Below, piece after piece: positions 29,004 through 38,998 of a stretch of 64,000 bases of DNA (its first letter is position 1; each line of letters starts with the position of its first letter). The position numbers and the translations under genes were made by a program. The notes under the pieces are model-generated. The model did not search any database. It saw only the letters and a list, made by a program, of their open reading frames with translations, and was not told where the DNA came from. The DNA comes from Klebsiella phage vB_KpM_FBKp34. The stretch is from sequence record MW394390.1. One strand, written 5' to 3'.

Positions 29004-30344
29004 TTATTTAGATTGTTTTGCTTTAAGAACAGCAGCAATAGCTTTAACTTTTTCTACACCATCTTTCGGGGCTTCAGCCTTGCGGTCAGAACCTTTTTCG
29101 GAGGCAAATTCAGCTTTTACTTTTTCGATTTCTTCATGTGCTTTATTCAGCATTTCAATAAAGATTACAGAATTTTCAGTATCAGCCATCAGAGCTTTAA
29201 CTACTTCTTCTACTTTATCTTCTTCTACGAAACCGAAACCTTTGACCACATCTTCGTATGCAGTTTTAATACGTTTCTGTTCTGCTTTTTCTACTGCTTC
29301 AAGTCTTTCGTTAGCTTGTTTCAGAGATTTAGCCAGTTCTTCTTTTTCTGCATCTTTCTCTTTGGTTGCATCTGCAATAAGAGATTTCAGCATTTCTTGT
29401 GCTTCAGCACTTTTTAATAGTTCATTCAGATCCACAATATTGGCTCCTTGTTTTTTAGTGATTTTTCCAGAGGAATTCCCCTCTGATTTATCTTTATCCT
29501 CTGATTCAATCACAGAGTTTTTATTTTCCAGAGATTTAATAATGTCTGGGACATCATTATCCGGGAAGAATTTTTTATATGCTTTACGAACTTTAGCTTT
29601 AACAGAAGCAAGATCTTCTTCAGGAATTTCAACTTTATTTCCTCTGAAACCTTTACCAAGAGCAGCTACAGCCGCTGATGTATGTCTTGCATCGTCAATT
29701 CTAAGTTTCCAGGTGGAAGGTTTTTCTTTATCTGGTGTATAAGCATAATCAGAAGCTGTAAGCGTTGAACTACCAACTTTCTTAGTAGCAGCTTTAATAA
29801 CTTCTACGGTAGCTGGTTGACTTAGGGATTTAGCTAACATATCATAAACATCTTGTTCCATAGAATCCATTAGGTCTTCAGAAACAAGGATATCATTTCC
29901 GATAACAACATAGTCCTGAATAGGAACTACTGGATTAGCTACATCACCAACTTCAACATTTGTACCATCTGAGGTATAATCTACTGAATAAGTGCCTGAG
30001 TCTGTTGTAAATATTGCAACTGAATCATTCCAGTCAGAGACCCAAACATAATCATATTTATCTACAAACTCTTTTTCTCTGATTTTTTGATTTAGCATGT
30101 TTCTAAGGTCATTAGCATACATTGCTTTTTCAAGGTCTGTAGTATCTTCACCAAGTTCTTTCAACTTAATGATTAAATCTTTATTAATTTCTGTGTTGTC
30201 TGCTTTGAAAAGAAGTGGTTTATTATAGCCAGAAGCTGCACCACCTTGGAAGTCAAATGTGAGTGCAATATGTGCACCAAGACTATCCTCTGATTCTTCA
30301 AAGTCAAAACTAACATCTTCTAAATAAGTGTTAAGTTCTGGCAT
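29004..30344 (-). CDS. capsid scaffolding protein
   Basis: 446 aa, highly charged coiled-coil (KEKDAEKEELAKSLKQANERLEAVEKAEQKR...). Confidence 0.6.
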   Translation of the reverse strand: MPELNTYLEDVSFDFEESEDSLGAHIALTFDFQGGAASGYNKPLLFKADNTEINKDLIIKLKELGEDTTDLEKAMYANDLRNMLNQKIREKEFVDKYDYVWVSDWNDSVAIFTTDSGTYSVDYTSDGTNVEVGDVANPVVPIQDYVVIGNDILVSEDLMDSMEQDVYDMLAKSLSQPATVEVIKAATKKVGSSTLTASDYAYTPDKEKPSTWKLRIDDARHTSAAVAALGKGFRGNKVEIPEEDLASVKAKVRKAYKKFFPDNDVPDIIKSLENKNSVIESEDKDKSEGNSSGKITKKQGANIVDLNELLKSAEAQEMLKSLIADATKEKDAEKEELAKSLKQANERLEAVEKAEQKRIKTAYEDVVKGFGFVEEDKVEEVVKALMADTENSVIFIEMLNKAHEEIEKVKAEFASEKGSDRKAEAPKDGVEKVKAIAAVLKAKQSK

Positions 30345-30832
30345 TATTTCTCCACTTTCTTACGTCTACCTTGAGCACCAATAGAGATACCCTTAAAGAC
30401 GCCATCTTTTCTTTTCTGAAAAAGTTCTGGATCATGGAACTTCAACTTCACTAATGGTAAACCTTCTTTAACTTCTTCTTCACCAATAACACAATCGCAT
30501 TCATTTACCCAGGCTTTAACTGGAGAGAATTTATCTGTGTTAATTGCATGACCAAAGTTACCTTTAATCTTATCTATATTGGCATTGAAGTTATCTACCA
30601 TTTTACGAATTTCAACTTCTGTCATTCCCTCGCCATGTGCATCTGCTTCTAACGGAGCACAATAAAGAACTTCAATACTCTCCATTTTCTCATCTTCAAA
30701 TTTCTTAATGACTGGGAGATTTACATTAGAAGGCTTTTCCGTGGAATGTTTTAATTCATCTTCAGAAGTCGTGTCGAGAAATTTTTTAAATAGCTCAACA
30801 AGAGATTCTTTGTTAAACAAAGGTTCCTCCAA
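30344..30832 (-). CDS. putative prohead protease or head morphogenesis protein
   Basis: Position between the portal and scaffold genes. ATGA coupling. Confidence 0.3.
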   Translation of the reverse strand: MEEPLFNKESLVELFKKFLDTTSEDELKHSTEKPSNVNLPVIKKFEDEKMESIEVLYCAPLEADAHGEGMTEVEIRKMVDNFNANIDKIKGNFGHAINTDKFSPVKAWVNECDCVIGEEEVKEGLPLVKLKFHDPELFQKRKDGVFKGISIGAQGRRKKVEK

Positions 30833-30967
30833 AAAGTTAGTTACCTTCTCTAATACTTATTTTATAGTATTATTTTTATAATGTCAACACTATTAGATTA
30901 GAAAAGTATATTTTATTTAATAATTTAAAACTTATTTGTGGTAAAATAACCATCCTTGGTTAAAATT

Positions 30968-32548
30968 TTAAGCAGCATTCTCATTATTCATAGTTGAGGT
31001 ATCTGTTGAAGAAACAGAAGTTGAAGTGCCATTTAATCCACCTGCGGCAATTCCATCTCCAGATCTACTTGTTGATGCTGGAACATTATTTGCAATAAAT
31101 TCGGCAGCTTTCTCTGGATCAGAAACTATGTCATCAGGAATTCTATATTTAAAACCGCACATCTCTAGCATTTCATTCATTGTCTCAGCATTGAGAGGAA
31201 TTGCTCCTACAGCTACTACACGTTGAATCATTTTAGAATTGCCTTCAATGTCAGGATCACCAACATCACCAGGTTCAAATACAGGCATTTCTTCATCAGT
31301 AAGATACATGCCATTTAAAGCTAGGAGTTGTGGAATGAGGTCTTTATTAAGAACTTCAGAAATCCCTTTGACATCATGTTCAATAAATTGAGAATGAAGA
31401 GTTTGTTTATTATCGCTTAAAGAATATGAACCAGTTTCACTGTTACCCATAATAAGAAAACCAGCACCAAAACTGTCATATATTTCTTTTTTCCTTTGCT
31501 GTTTTAATTCTGTAGTATCAAATTGCTTACCTGAACCATCGATACCAAGGAATTTGATTTCATATTGTGGTGTTGTGCTTTGATCATGAAGATCCGATGG
31601 GATAATCATGTAAGCCTGTTCACCTGCATGAAGGTTAGCGAGGTTAGCTTTTAGAGTCTCAATGCTCATCGCTTCATCACTATTAGGATCAACAGCAGCA
31701 CGATTAAGGATGTCTGTTGGCACTTTTAATACCGGAGTACCACCTAAGTCTTTACCCACACCTACGACTTCATATTCAGAGATAAGTGTTTTTTCTTTCC
31801 ATGTAATATAAATAGACGAAAGAGGTGAGACACCTGTAGGATTAGAATCCGTAATTTGCTCACCAAACAACAGAAACTTATTTCTAGGAATATAAATCTC
31901 ACCAACCAGACTTACATCAGTATCTGTTGTGAAAGTGCTTTTGTTTGGGATCACTTGATAAACACCAAGAACGTCTCTACCATCATCAGAATATCTAAAT
32001 GGTTTATTTCTTCTAAGTGTTGATTGTGGCCTTGATGCTAATTTTTTGATTTTATAATTTCCAGCATACTCACCAGAAGTTACTTTAGTAAAAACTTTTT
32101 CCAGAACAGAAAAACCATATACTTTATAGGTTAACGCTTCTCTTGCAACCTGTCGTAGTGTTTGTGAATCCATGTTCTTTAAACACCATTCTACAAACTT
32201 TGCAGCTTTCTCAGATTTGCGATTACCTTTTTTATATTTTACCTCAAACTCATCAAAAGCCCTTTCTACAAAAAGATAGTTTGCAGTTAAAGCCGTAGCA
32301 ACGTCTGCATCATTTGCCATGAGACTGTATGTATCAAGACAACGAGGCCACGAAATCTCATAAGGTCTTATCCAGTTTGCATACACGTTGATTGTATTAA
32401 GTGCTGTTGTACCAATCTCACCTAATTTTAATCTTGATGTAGTTTGATCTGTGTTTCCTGCCTTATTAACTTCTTTTGTAGTCTGAGGAGATTTAATCTT
32501 GTCCCAGTAATCAGATTTTTTAGTATATTTTCTTTTAACTGTTGACAT
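30968..32548 (-). CDS. portal protein
   Basis: 526 aa directly downstream of the terminase large subunit. Confidence 0.65.
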   Translation of the reverse strand: MSTVKRKYTKKSDYWDKIKSPQTTKEVNKAGNTDQTTSRLKLGEIGTTALNTINVYANWIRPYEISWPRCLDTYSLMANDADVATALTANYLFVERAFDEFEVKYKKGNRKSEKAAKFVEWCLKNMDSQTLRQVAREALTYKVYGFSVLEKVFTKVTSGEYAGNYKIKKLASRPQSTLRRNKPFRYSDDGRDVLGVYQVIPNKSTFTTDTDVSLVGEIYIPRNKFLLFGEQITDSNPTGVSPLSSIYITWKEKTLISEYEVVGVGKDLGGTPVLKVPTDILNRAAVDPNSDEAMSIETLKANLANLHAGEQAYMIIPSDLHDQSTTPQYEIKFLGIDGSGKQFDTTELKQQRKKEIYDSFGAGFLIMGNSETGSYSLSDNKQTLHSQFIEHDVKGISEVLNKDLIPQLLALNGMYLTDEEMPVFEPGDVGDPDIEGNSKMIQRVVAVGAIPLNAETMNEMLEMCGFKYRIPDDIVSDPEKAAEFIANNVPASTSRSGDGIAAGGLNGTSTSVSSTDTSTMNNENAA

Positions 32549-32685
32549 TTACCTCTCCAAATAATAAAGTTACTAAAAGTAAAAATAATTATTTACCAAC
32601 TTTTATTAGTAAACAATTAATATCATATTATCAGATATTACAAGGTTTTGTCAATTCTTATTAAAAGTAAAATCATAAAGTCGCA

Positions 32686-34230
32686 TCAATGTCTAGTGTT
32701 TAAACCAGATCTTTTAGTCAACGTTGGTGCTGATACTCTCGGAATAGCTGCTGCTACAAAACTTCTTTCTTTACACAAAGCATTGTATGCAGAAGCCGCA
32801 GCATCTGCCCAGTCATCTTTCCTTTCACTTGTAGACCTTTCACCATTAAATGCTTCTAGTTCCTTATAGAAAGCCTCTAAGGTGGCTTTATTTGTAAAAC
32901 TATCTTCTACAATACAAACTAGACCATTTTGACATGCACTTGAAAATGGCATAAATCTTGTAAGCTTAGATTTATTATTAGGCATAGGATCTGGTTTTAC
33001 TTTAAAACCTAAAATATTTAATTTCTTGGCGCTTTCTTGATATTCTACTTGTCCTGCTGCACCTGGATCTTTTGGTAGAATTACTGTAACATGTTCACCA
33101 TCGATCTCTGTTTGATTTTTTATTAACAGGTCTCTAGAGCCAGCCCTTTTCCTGAATTTACCAGCTATCATTGTCTTTTCATCTAATGTTTCTGGATCAA
33201 AATCACCAAAAATATAAAAAATACCATCTGCACTTTTACCCATTTTAACTGAGGCTGTAAAGTCAGGGTGTCTGTTCTGGTCTGAAGGTTCAGAAGATGC
33301 TTTATCCCACGCTCTAACAAGTTTTAAAGGTGGTACTTCACTTCTAGTCACCTTTGTTAACCACTCTCTTTGAAAGTTGTTGGACCCTTCAGCACGGGCA
33401 AACCAGCAGCCATCTAACAGCCTTGCACGGTTAACTTTGCTTTGTGCTTTTAATGCAGATAAATATTTAGGGTTAGCTTTAATAAGTTCTGGATTATCAA
33501 AAATTGTTCCTCCAATGAAAGCAAAAGTCATTGGTGGTACATACTTTGTTTCTCCAGTTGTAGGATCTTCAACATAACAAAGTTCTGGATAATCTTTAGC
33601 TAATTCTTCTTCTGTATCTGCAAATACTGGTGCATCGTTCACAATAACGAAATATCTTACAACACCACATCTATCTTCTCTTGGATAACCTTTTTCATCA
33701 AGATACCATAAAACCCAATTCATTACCCAAGAATCAGGATCAGGGTTTGTAGAGGCCATACAGAAAGAGTCAGTCTCTGATGCTGAACGGAGACGACCTA
33801 AAAGATATAAGAATTGGGTTTGAGTAAAGTGTGTTAATTCGTCAAAAGCCACCATTGAATATTGAAGACCCTGATGGTTCCCCTCTGCGTCATTTTCATT
33901 TTCTAGGTGTGTAAATTTAAGTGTCCCACCGCTTGTGTTGTTAAATATGATTTCCATATCTTTTTCACGAATCTTAGGTCTTAGTGGGGAGTATAGTTTT
34001 TTAGCCTCAGTAAATAAACCACCTGCCGCTTTTAATGGTGGAGATGTTCTACGGAAAAGTACTCCTTCAAAATCTTTATCATTTGCAGCATACTTTAACG
34101 CTTTTAAGAGAATCAATCTTGACTTACCAGATCCTGCTGCACCACCATAGATAAGAACATCCACTTTCTTATCTAACGCCATTTTTTGCTTACCTTCTTG
34201 GGCTTTAAATGTGATTACATTTCTTGCCAA
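32686..34230 (-). CDS. terminase large subunit
   Basis: Walker A LIYGGAAGSGKSRL. Size and position ahead of the portal gene. Confidence 0.8.
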   Translation of the reverse strand: MARNVITFKAQEGKQKMALDKKVDVLIYGGAAGSGKSRLILLKALKYAANDKDFEGVLFRRTSPPLKAAGGLFTEAKKLYSPLRPKIREKDMEIIFNNTSGGTLKFTHLENENDAEGNHQGLQYSMVAFDELTHFTQTQFLYLLGRLRSASETDSFCMASTNPDPDSWVMNWVLWYLDEKGYPREDRCGVVRYFVIVNDAPVFADTEEELAKDYPELCYVEDPTTGETKYVPPMTFAFIGGTIFDNPELIKANPKYLSALKAQSKVNRARLLDGCWFARAEGSNNFQREWLTKVTRSEVPPLKLVRAWDKASSEPSDQNRHPDFTASVKMGKSADGIFYIFGDFDPETLDEKTMIAGKFRKRAGSRDLLIKNQTEIDGEHVTVILPKDPGAAGQVEYQESAKKLNILGFKVKPDPMPNNKSKLTRFMPFSSACQNGLVCIVEDSFTNKATLEAFYKELEAFNGERSTSERKDDWADAAASAYNALCKERSFVAAAIPRVSAPTLTKRSGLNTRH

Positions 34231-34299
34231 TTTTCCTCCAAATATAATAACTTCCTAATGTTATCATAACCCAATGTTAAAATTTAGTCAAATTTACAT

Positions 34300-34335
34300 A
34301 AAAGAAAACCCGCACAAGGCGGGTTATATTTTTAA
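34300..34335. terminator. bidirectional intrinsic terminator
   Basis: AAAAGAAAACCCGC acaa GGCGGGTT atATTTTT. Confidence 0.5.
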
Positions 34336-34351
34336 ATTAATTCTGTACTAT

Positions 34352-34651
34352 TCATTTCTTTTTACCTTTCTTCTGTTCAACTACAGGTTTCTCTACTTTC
34401 TTACCAACCTTCTCTCGTGCAGTTTTCCCAGTACGAATACGGTGACTAACCACCACATCAACACCACCCTCTACAGTGGTAACAGACTCCCACTGTTTAC
34501 GATCTTCGTTATAAACCATTTTAGTTACTGAACGACCACCAAGATTAATCTGTTTTGGTTTAGATTCAGTTTGTGTAGACTTGCTTTCAAACTGAAAAGG
34601 GTGAATAATTGCATCAATTGCAGAAACTTTCTTATTAGTATTTTTAGTCAT
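34352..34651 (-). CDS. hypothetical lysine-rich protein
   Basis: Start MTKNTNKK with a GAGGAG SD. The ORF-track start at 34741 is further upstream. Confidence 0.4.
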   Translation of the reverse strand: MTKNTNKKVSAIDAIIHPFQFESKSTQTESKPKQINLGGRSVTKMVYNEDRKQWESVTTVEGGVDVVVSHRIRTGKTAREKVGKKVEKPVVEQKKGKKK

Positions 34652-34755
34652 AACTTTCTCCTCGTCATTTAAAATAGAATTATGCTTGCCCCTTTCGGTG
34701 AAGAGGTCTACTCCAGTCTTTGAGTCTTTACAGTACATCACTCTGCTTTGATGTT

Positions 34756-34833
34756 TGGTAGACCGCCTGGGACTCGAACCCAGAACCTTCCGATTAAAAG
34801 TCGGATGCTACTAACCAATTGAGCTAGCGATCT
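34756..34833 (-). tRNA. tRNA-Lys (UUU)
   Basis: Hand-folded cloverleaf. Anticodon loop CUUUUAA. T arm CTGGG/TTCGAGT/CCCAG. CCA encoded. Confidence 0.7.
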
Positions 34834-34840
34834 ATATTAA

Positions 34841-34957
34841 TTAAAAACCCCAATTTTCTTCAGATTTGATAAGATCTGGTCTCTCATCATCGTGATACCA
34901 CTCATCACTAAAGATTCCTTCACCATAACCAATAAAACCATCAAATTGATCTTTCAT
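34841..34957 (-). CDS. small ORF (38 aa) between tRNAs
   Basis: AAGGAG SD then ATG. Product MKDQFDGFIGYGEGIFSDEWYHDDERPDLIKSEENWGF. Confidence 0.3.
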   Translation of the reverse strand: MKDQFDGFIGYGEGIFSDEWYHDDERPDLIKSEENWGF

Positions 34958-34979
34958 ATTTTTATTCTCCTTAAAAATT

Positions 34980-35055
<76 letters not shown>

Positions 35056-35070
35056 TTAATCTGGAGTTGA

Positions 35071-35250
35071 CTATAATACTTCTTCTAAATCTACGTCAAC
35101 ATCTTTTTTAAACTTTCTTTTCCCTTTCAAGGAAATATTGCCACAAAGTTTGCATCTTTGTCCTGGACTGATCATGTTGCAATCACAAGAGCAATAATGA
35201 TATGATTTTTTAGACTTCTTAGCTTTTATTCTATTACTATGTCTAATCAT
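35071..35250 (-). CDS. small zinc-ribbon protein (59 aa) between tRNAs
   Basis: MIRHSNRIKAKKSKKSYHYCSCDCNMISPGQRCKLCGN... Confidence 0.35.
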   Translation of the reverse strand: MIRHSNRIKAKKSKKSYHYCSCDCNMISPGQRCKLCGNISLKGKRKFKKDVDVDLEEVL

Positions 35251-35266
35251 AATAAACCTTTAAATT

Positions 35267-35342
35267 TGGAGCAACCGACGCGATTCGAACGCGCGACATC
35301 TGACTTGGAAGGACAGCGCTCTACCAACTGAGCTACGATTGC
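35267..35342 (-). tRNA. tRNA-Gly (UCC)
   Basis: D arm GCTCAGTTGGTAGAGC. Anticodon loop CUUCCAA. T arm GCGCG/TTCGAAT/CGCGT. Confidence 0.65.
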
Positions 35343-35753
35343 ATATTCACTAATGTATGATCTTAAGTCCTGAATATCGCCATATTCCCTACACAAGTAC
35401 CAAGTGTTTGCGAAACACTCCGCTTGTACCATTCCGTAATAATCAGTTCTCGCGATAACTAATCTACAGAATCACACCCCACAGGTGCAGCAAGGTTTTA
35501 AGTGTCTAAGACCATACATTAGTGTTTTGGATGGCAGGTACTGATCTCCTGCATTCTTTGAAGTGGCGGCAATTTCCACTTCTTGAGGTAAGCGCTGCCT
35601 AGCACCTGCGTATCAGTCTACGCATTCATCCAAAATTTTTATAATTTGGTGTGACTGATGGGGTATGATCCCATATCATCTCATTCACAGTGAGAAACGT
35701 TAGCCAATTACGCTCACAGTCACCATTGATTCTAAATATTATATGAATAACTT

Positions 35754-35813
35754 GGGTCTGTTTGGGACTTGAACCCAATATCAACGTCTTGATAGTCTCC
35801 ATACACAGACCAT
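35754..35813 (-). pseudogene. truncated tRNA-like element (acceptor and T arm intact, D and anticodon arms missing)
   Basis: GGTCTGT...TTGGG TTCAAGT CCCAA ACAGACC C. Only 26 nt lie between the acceptor strand and the T arm. Confidence 0.3.
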
Positions 35814-35963
35814 TATTTGGCACCAGAAGGAGGAATCGAACGCTCCTAATCAGGTCATGACTCCTGACTATCTCAAACCAAATACTGTTGTGTTGGCTAT
35901 TGTATAACGGCGAGCGCTCACCCTTATACAGACCTTCACTAGTATCGAGATCCTGGTATTGTT

Positions 35964-36055
35964 TGGTGCGGGTAGTGGGAGTCGAACCCACAGGAGGGTT
36001 TACCCCTCCGAGGGATTTTAAGTCCCTTGCGTACTGCCAATACCGCCATACCCGC
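35964..36055 (-). tRNA. tRNA-Leu (UAA), type II
   Basis: Acceptor GCGGGTA/TACCCGC. Anticodon loop CUUAAAA. Long variable arm. T arm TGGG/TTCGACT/CCCA. Confidence 0.7.
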
Positions 36056-36066
36056 ATTAAATCTGA

Positions 36067-36141
36067 TGACCCCCGGAGGATTCGAACCTACCTGCCTCTC
36101 GATTATGAGTCGATTGCTCATACCTAATGAGCTTGAGGGCC
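36067..36141 (-). tRNA. tRNA with CAU anticodon (Met, fMet or Ile2)
   Basis: Acceptor GGCCCTC/GGGGGTC (two G.U pairs). Anticodon loop CUCAUAA. CCA not encoded. Confidence 0.55.
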
Positions 36142-36210
36142 ATTTCTTGTATCTCTTTGATGTACTTACTGTATCAAATCTTCTAGCATCTTGTCAACAA
36201 CAAATTTTAA

Positions 36211-36546
36211 CTATTTCTGTTTTCTTAACTCTTCAAGTAACTTCTTAGTGTAACCTTGGAGTGCTTTCAGATTATCACGATCTTCCTGCCAAAGTCCATT
36301 GTTTTTTGAAGTTATCAGTTTTAATGCTTCTGTGTTGCTTGGACCATTTTTTAACTGTTCTTCAGTTGGTTTATATGGCGTCTTAGGATCTCTCATCCAA
36401 TCTGGATCAGGATCTTGAATTTCTATCTTACTGGTGACAGTACACTCATTCGGGTAAACTGTCTTGGTAGAGTTGCATCCACTTACCATCAAGGCAACGC
36501 AGATTGCCAGAATCACTTTTTTCATAGTTAGTAATCTCATCATCAA
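36211..36546 (-). CDS. o-spanin (Rz1-like outer-membrane lipoprotein)
   Basis: Lipobox LAICVALMVSGC. Overlaps the 3' end of the i-spanin in another frame. The start may be the internal MKKVIL at 36525. Confidence 0.6.
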   Translation of the reverse strand: MMMRLLTMKKVILAICVALMVSGCNSTKTVYPNECTVTSKIEIQDPDPDWMRDPKTPYKPTEEQLKNGPSNTEALKLITSKNNGLWQEDRDNLKALQGYTKKLLEELRKQK

Positions 36547-36868
36547 CTTTATCTTTTTTATCTTTTCTTTTCTTTTTAAGATCAGAATTCTCTTTCTTCA
36601 ACAAAGTAATTTCCTGATTAAGTTCTTGCCTTTCTTTGTCTTTAACTTTCAATCTTTCTTCATACTGGACTTTAAGATCATTTTGTTCTTTTTTATAAAT
36701 AGAAACTTGATGCTCAACACCATTTTGATATCCAGTGTTGTAATAATGATTTGTTAACAGAGAATAACCTACTTTAAGAAATATTGCAAGTACAACTGTT
36801 AAAATAAAATATCTTAAAGTTTTATTATTCCATAATGATTTAAGAATTGTTAGGATCGAAGTTACCAT
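36446..36868 (-). CDS. i-spanin (Rz-like)
   Basis: N-terminal TM helix plus a long charged coiled-coil. Overlapped by the o-spanin gene. Confidence 0.55.
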   Translation of the reverse strand: MVTSILTILKSLWNNKTLRYFILTVVLAIFLKVGYSLLTNHYYNTGYQNGVEHQVSIYKKEQNDLKVQYEERLKVKDKERQELNQEITLLKKENSDLKKKRKDKKDKVDDEITNYEKSDSGNLRCLDGKWMQLYQDSLPE

Positions 36869-37025
36869 TTAATTCCTCATACTGTTCTACTGCAATATTA
36901 ACACGATCTTCATAGAGTTGGTCTAATTCCCACTCTATAGATGTTTTACGACTGTAGTCATTCTTTTGATCTTTATGATATCCGCCAAAATTATGATCAT
37001 GTTTTGCTACAAAATTATTTTTCAT
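36840..37025 (-). CDS. hypothetical small protein
   Basis: ORF only. Confidence 0.25.
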   Translation of the reverse strand: MKNNFVAKHDHNFGGYHKDQKNDYSRKTSIEWELDQLYEDRVNIAVEQYEELNGNFDPNNS

Positions 37026-37299
37026 ATTAAACCTATGCTAAAATATAATTATTTAAACAACTAAAGGGACATTTTGAAAAAGTCTTATTTATCTAAATCA
37101 CACTCTAAAACTTTTAGTGTCACACATATTATTTTTGTTTCTAGATATAGAGAAATATATTCAATCTTAAGAAAGACCTGATTAACACTTAGCTCACTAA
37201 TCCCACACCTAAAGTGAGTGGGCTTATCGTTCGCAATTTGGTAATAGATTGAATAGTCTGTATCGTTCAATCGTTAGTTATGACGCTATATGCATATCA

Positions 37300-38700
37300 T
37301 CAGGCTATTTGACATCCTCCCCATCCTAAAGGATGGGGATTCCTAATTCATCGAGGTTTCTAATGAAACCTCTCCAAAGGCTTAAATTTCCGTGTGTCCC
37401 ACGGTATTTATTTCTATATAACTATAATATATTAAATTCTTTTATGCAGCAAGAGCTTTACAATTAAAAATTTCTAAACCTCTTTTATGAATATTTAAAG
37501 CAGCATTAATGTCTCGGTCATGGTCTGTTTTACAAGAAGGACACACCCAATGACGAACATTAAGTTTCAATTCCTCAAGAACATGACCACAACATGAACA
37601 AGTTTTAGACGAGGGATAGAATTGTTCTATCTTCACAATGCTACGTCCAAACCAGGATGCTTTATACTCAAGTTGCCTTACAAACTCACCCCAAGATGCA
37701 TCAGCAATATGTTTTGCCAATTTTCTATTTTTAATCATATTTTTAACTTTCAAAGTTTCAGTAGAAATTATTTGGTAAGTTTTTACTAAATTAGATGTTG
37801 CTTTATGCAATGCATCACGGCGAGAATCACTAACTTTAGCATGTGTTTTAGCAACTTTCAAACGCATTTTATTATAATTGCTTCCACCTTTTTTCATCCG
37901 ACTAAGTTTTCTCTGCAAACGTGCGAGACGTTTAGCATATTTCTTTGTAAACTTGCCATTTTTACCTTTAAGTCCATCTGCTGTAATATAAAGGTCTTTT
38001 AAACCAAGATCAATGCCTGTTGTCTTACTCGATATTGGCAGTTCTTCAATTTCAGTTTCACACAAACAAGACACAAAATATCTACCAGATGCATCTTTAC
38101 TGATAGTAATTGACGAAGGGTGACTTGGTAATTCACCATAACTCCATTTAACATCCAGCGAGACTTTCATTGATTTGGCAATGAAAAGTTGACCATTAAT
38201 GTATTTAAAAGCATTCTTCGTGAGATTAAATGAGTAACTATTATCATAACGGCTTTTGAACTTAGGAAATCTAGCTCTTCCAGAGAAAAAGTTGCTATAA
38301 GCTTTTTCTTGGTTTCTCAGTTCTTGTTGCAGTGCTACCACTGAAACTTCGTTAAGCCACTCATATTCTTTTTTAACTTTAGTTAACTCTCTCGATGCTT
38401 CGGCAAAGTTAATCTTATTTTTATCTTTTTCATAAGCCTCTTTTCTCCAAGCTAATATATGGTTATAGATAAAACGACAAGAACCAAATGTCTTAGCAAG
38501 AAGGATTTTTTGTTCTTGTGTTGGATAAAAACGCATTTTATAAGCTTTTAAAATAATCTTTTTCATTTGATCCCTTTCTAACTATCGTTCTCAGTTTGGT
38601 CAGAATTCACAAAGTGATCTAAATCATATTTAATAAATCATAAAATTGACATCCTCCTCACCCTAAAGATTGTGGAGTTTCTCCTTCATAGAACCTTATA
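37300..38700 (-). mobile_element. IS200/IS605-family tnpB-only element (IS1341-like) with subterminal hairpins
   Basis: The tnpB ORF is flanked by direct repeats TTGACATCCTCCYCAYCCTAAAGRAT at 37309-37336 and 38646-38670. Hairpins CCCCATCC taaa GGATGGGG and GAGGTTTC taat GAAACCTC lie just 3' of tnpB. Confidence 0.45.
37442..38566 (-). CDS. tnpB: TnpB (IS605 OrfB, RuvC-like RNA-guided nuclease)
   Basis: N-terminal RFYPTQEQ...FGSCRFIYN. RuvC-I motif [10 protein letters not shown]-terminal zinc ribbon CSCCGH...CPSCK. Confidence 0.75.
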   Translation of the reverse strand: MKKIILKAYKMRFYPTQEQKILLAKTFGSCRFIYNHILAWRKEAYEKDKNKINFAEASRELTKVKKEYEWLNEVSVVALQQELRNQEKAYSNFFSGRARFPKFKSRYDNSYSFNLTKNAFKYINGQLFIAKSMKVSLDVKWSYGELPSHPSSITISKDASGRYFVSCLCETEIEELPISSKTTGIDLGLKDLYITADGLKGKNGKFTKKYAKRLARLQRKLSRMKKGGSNYNKMRLKVAKTHAKVSDSRRDALHKATSNLVKTYQIISTETLKVKNMIKNRKLAKHIADASWGEFVRQLEYKASWFGRSIVKIEQFYPSSKTCSCCGHVLEELKLNVRHWVCPSCKTDHDRDINAALNIHKRGLEIFNCKALAA

Positions 38701-38998
38701 ATCAAGACTCTCCAGAGACTTAAAATCGGTGATGTCCTCACCTACTGAAAATCATAATATACTACTTAAATCTAAAGTTCAAGCTTTTTACTTTTTCGTT
38801 TAATTGTCAAAAACGTTATCAATAGCTCTGTTGATACTCCCAGCCATAAATAACTGGGATTCTTCCTTCAATGGCTTTCTAACGATTACCTCCAGAAGCA
38901 TAACTTCGGCGTTAACCACACCTAGAAGATTACTTGTCTTTCGACTTGTTTCTCTCAACAAGAGACACTTTACAGAGTCCCTTAGTAAAAGTCAACGT

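Noticed and set aside
29080-29742. Plus-strand 220-aa ORF antisense to the scaffold gene
   Set aside because: A serine/leucine-rich mirror frame of a highly repetitive coding region. An artefact.
35430-35640. Possible tRNA in the 300-bp gap after tRNA-Gly (TGG motifs, GC-rich stems)
   Set aside because: No T-loop-like GTTCRANYC element and no foldable acceptor stem. Left unannotated.
35247-36248. ORF-track entries 35247..35432, 35626..36057, 35888..36127, 35939..36121 and 36027..36248
   Set aside because: They overlap tRNA genes on either strand and have no SD. They are artefacts of the long stop-free stretches in tRNA DNA.
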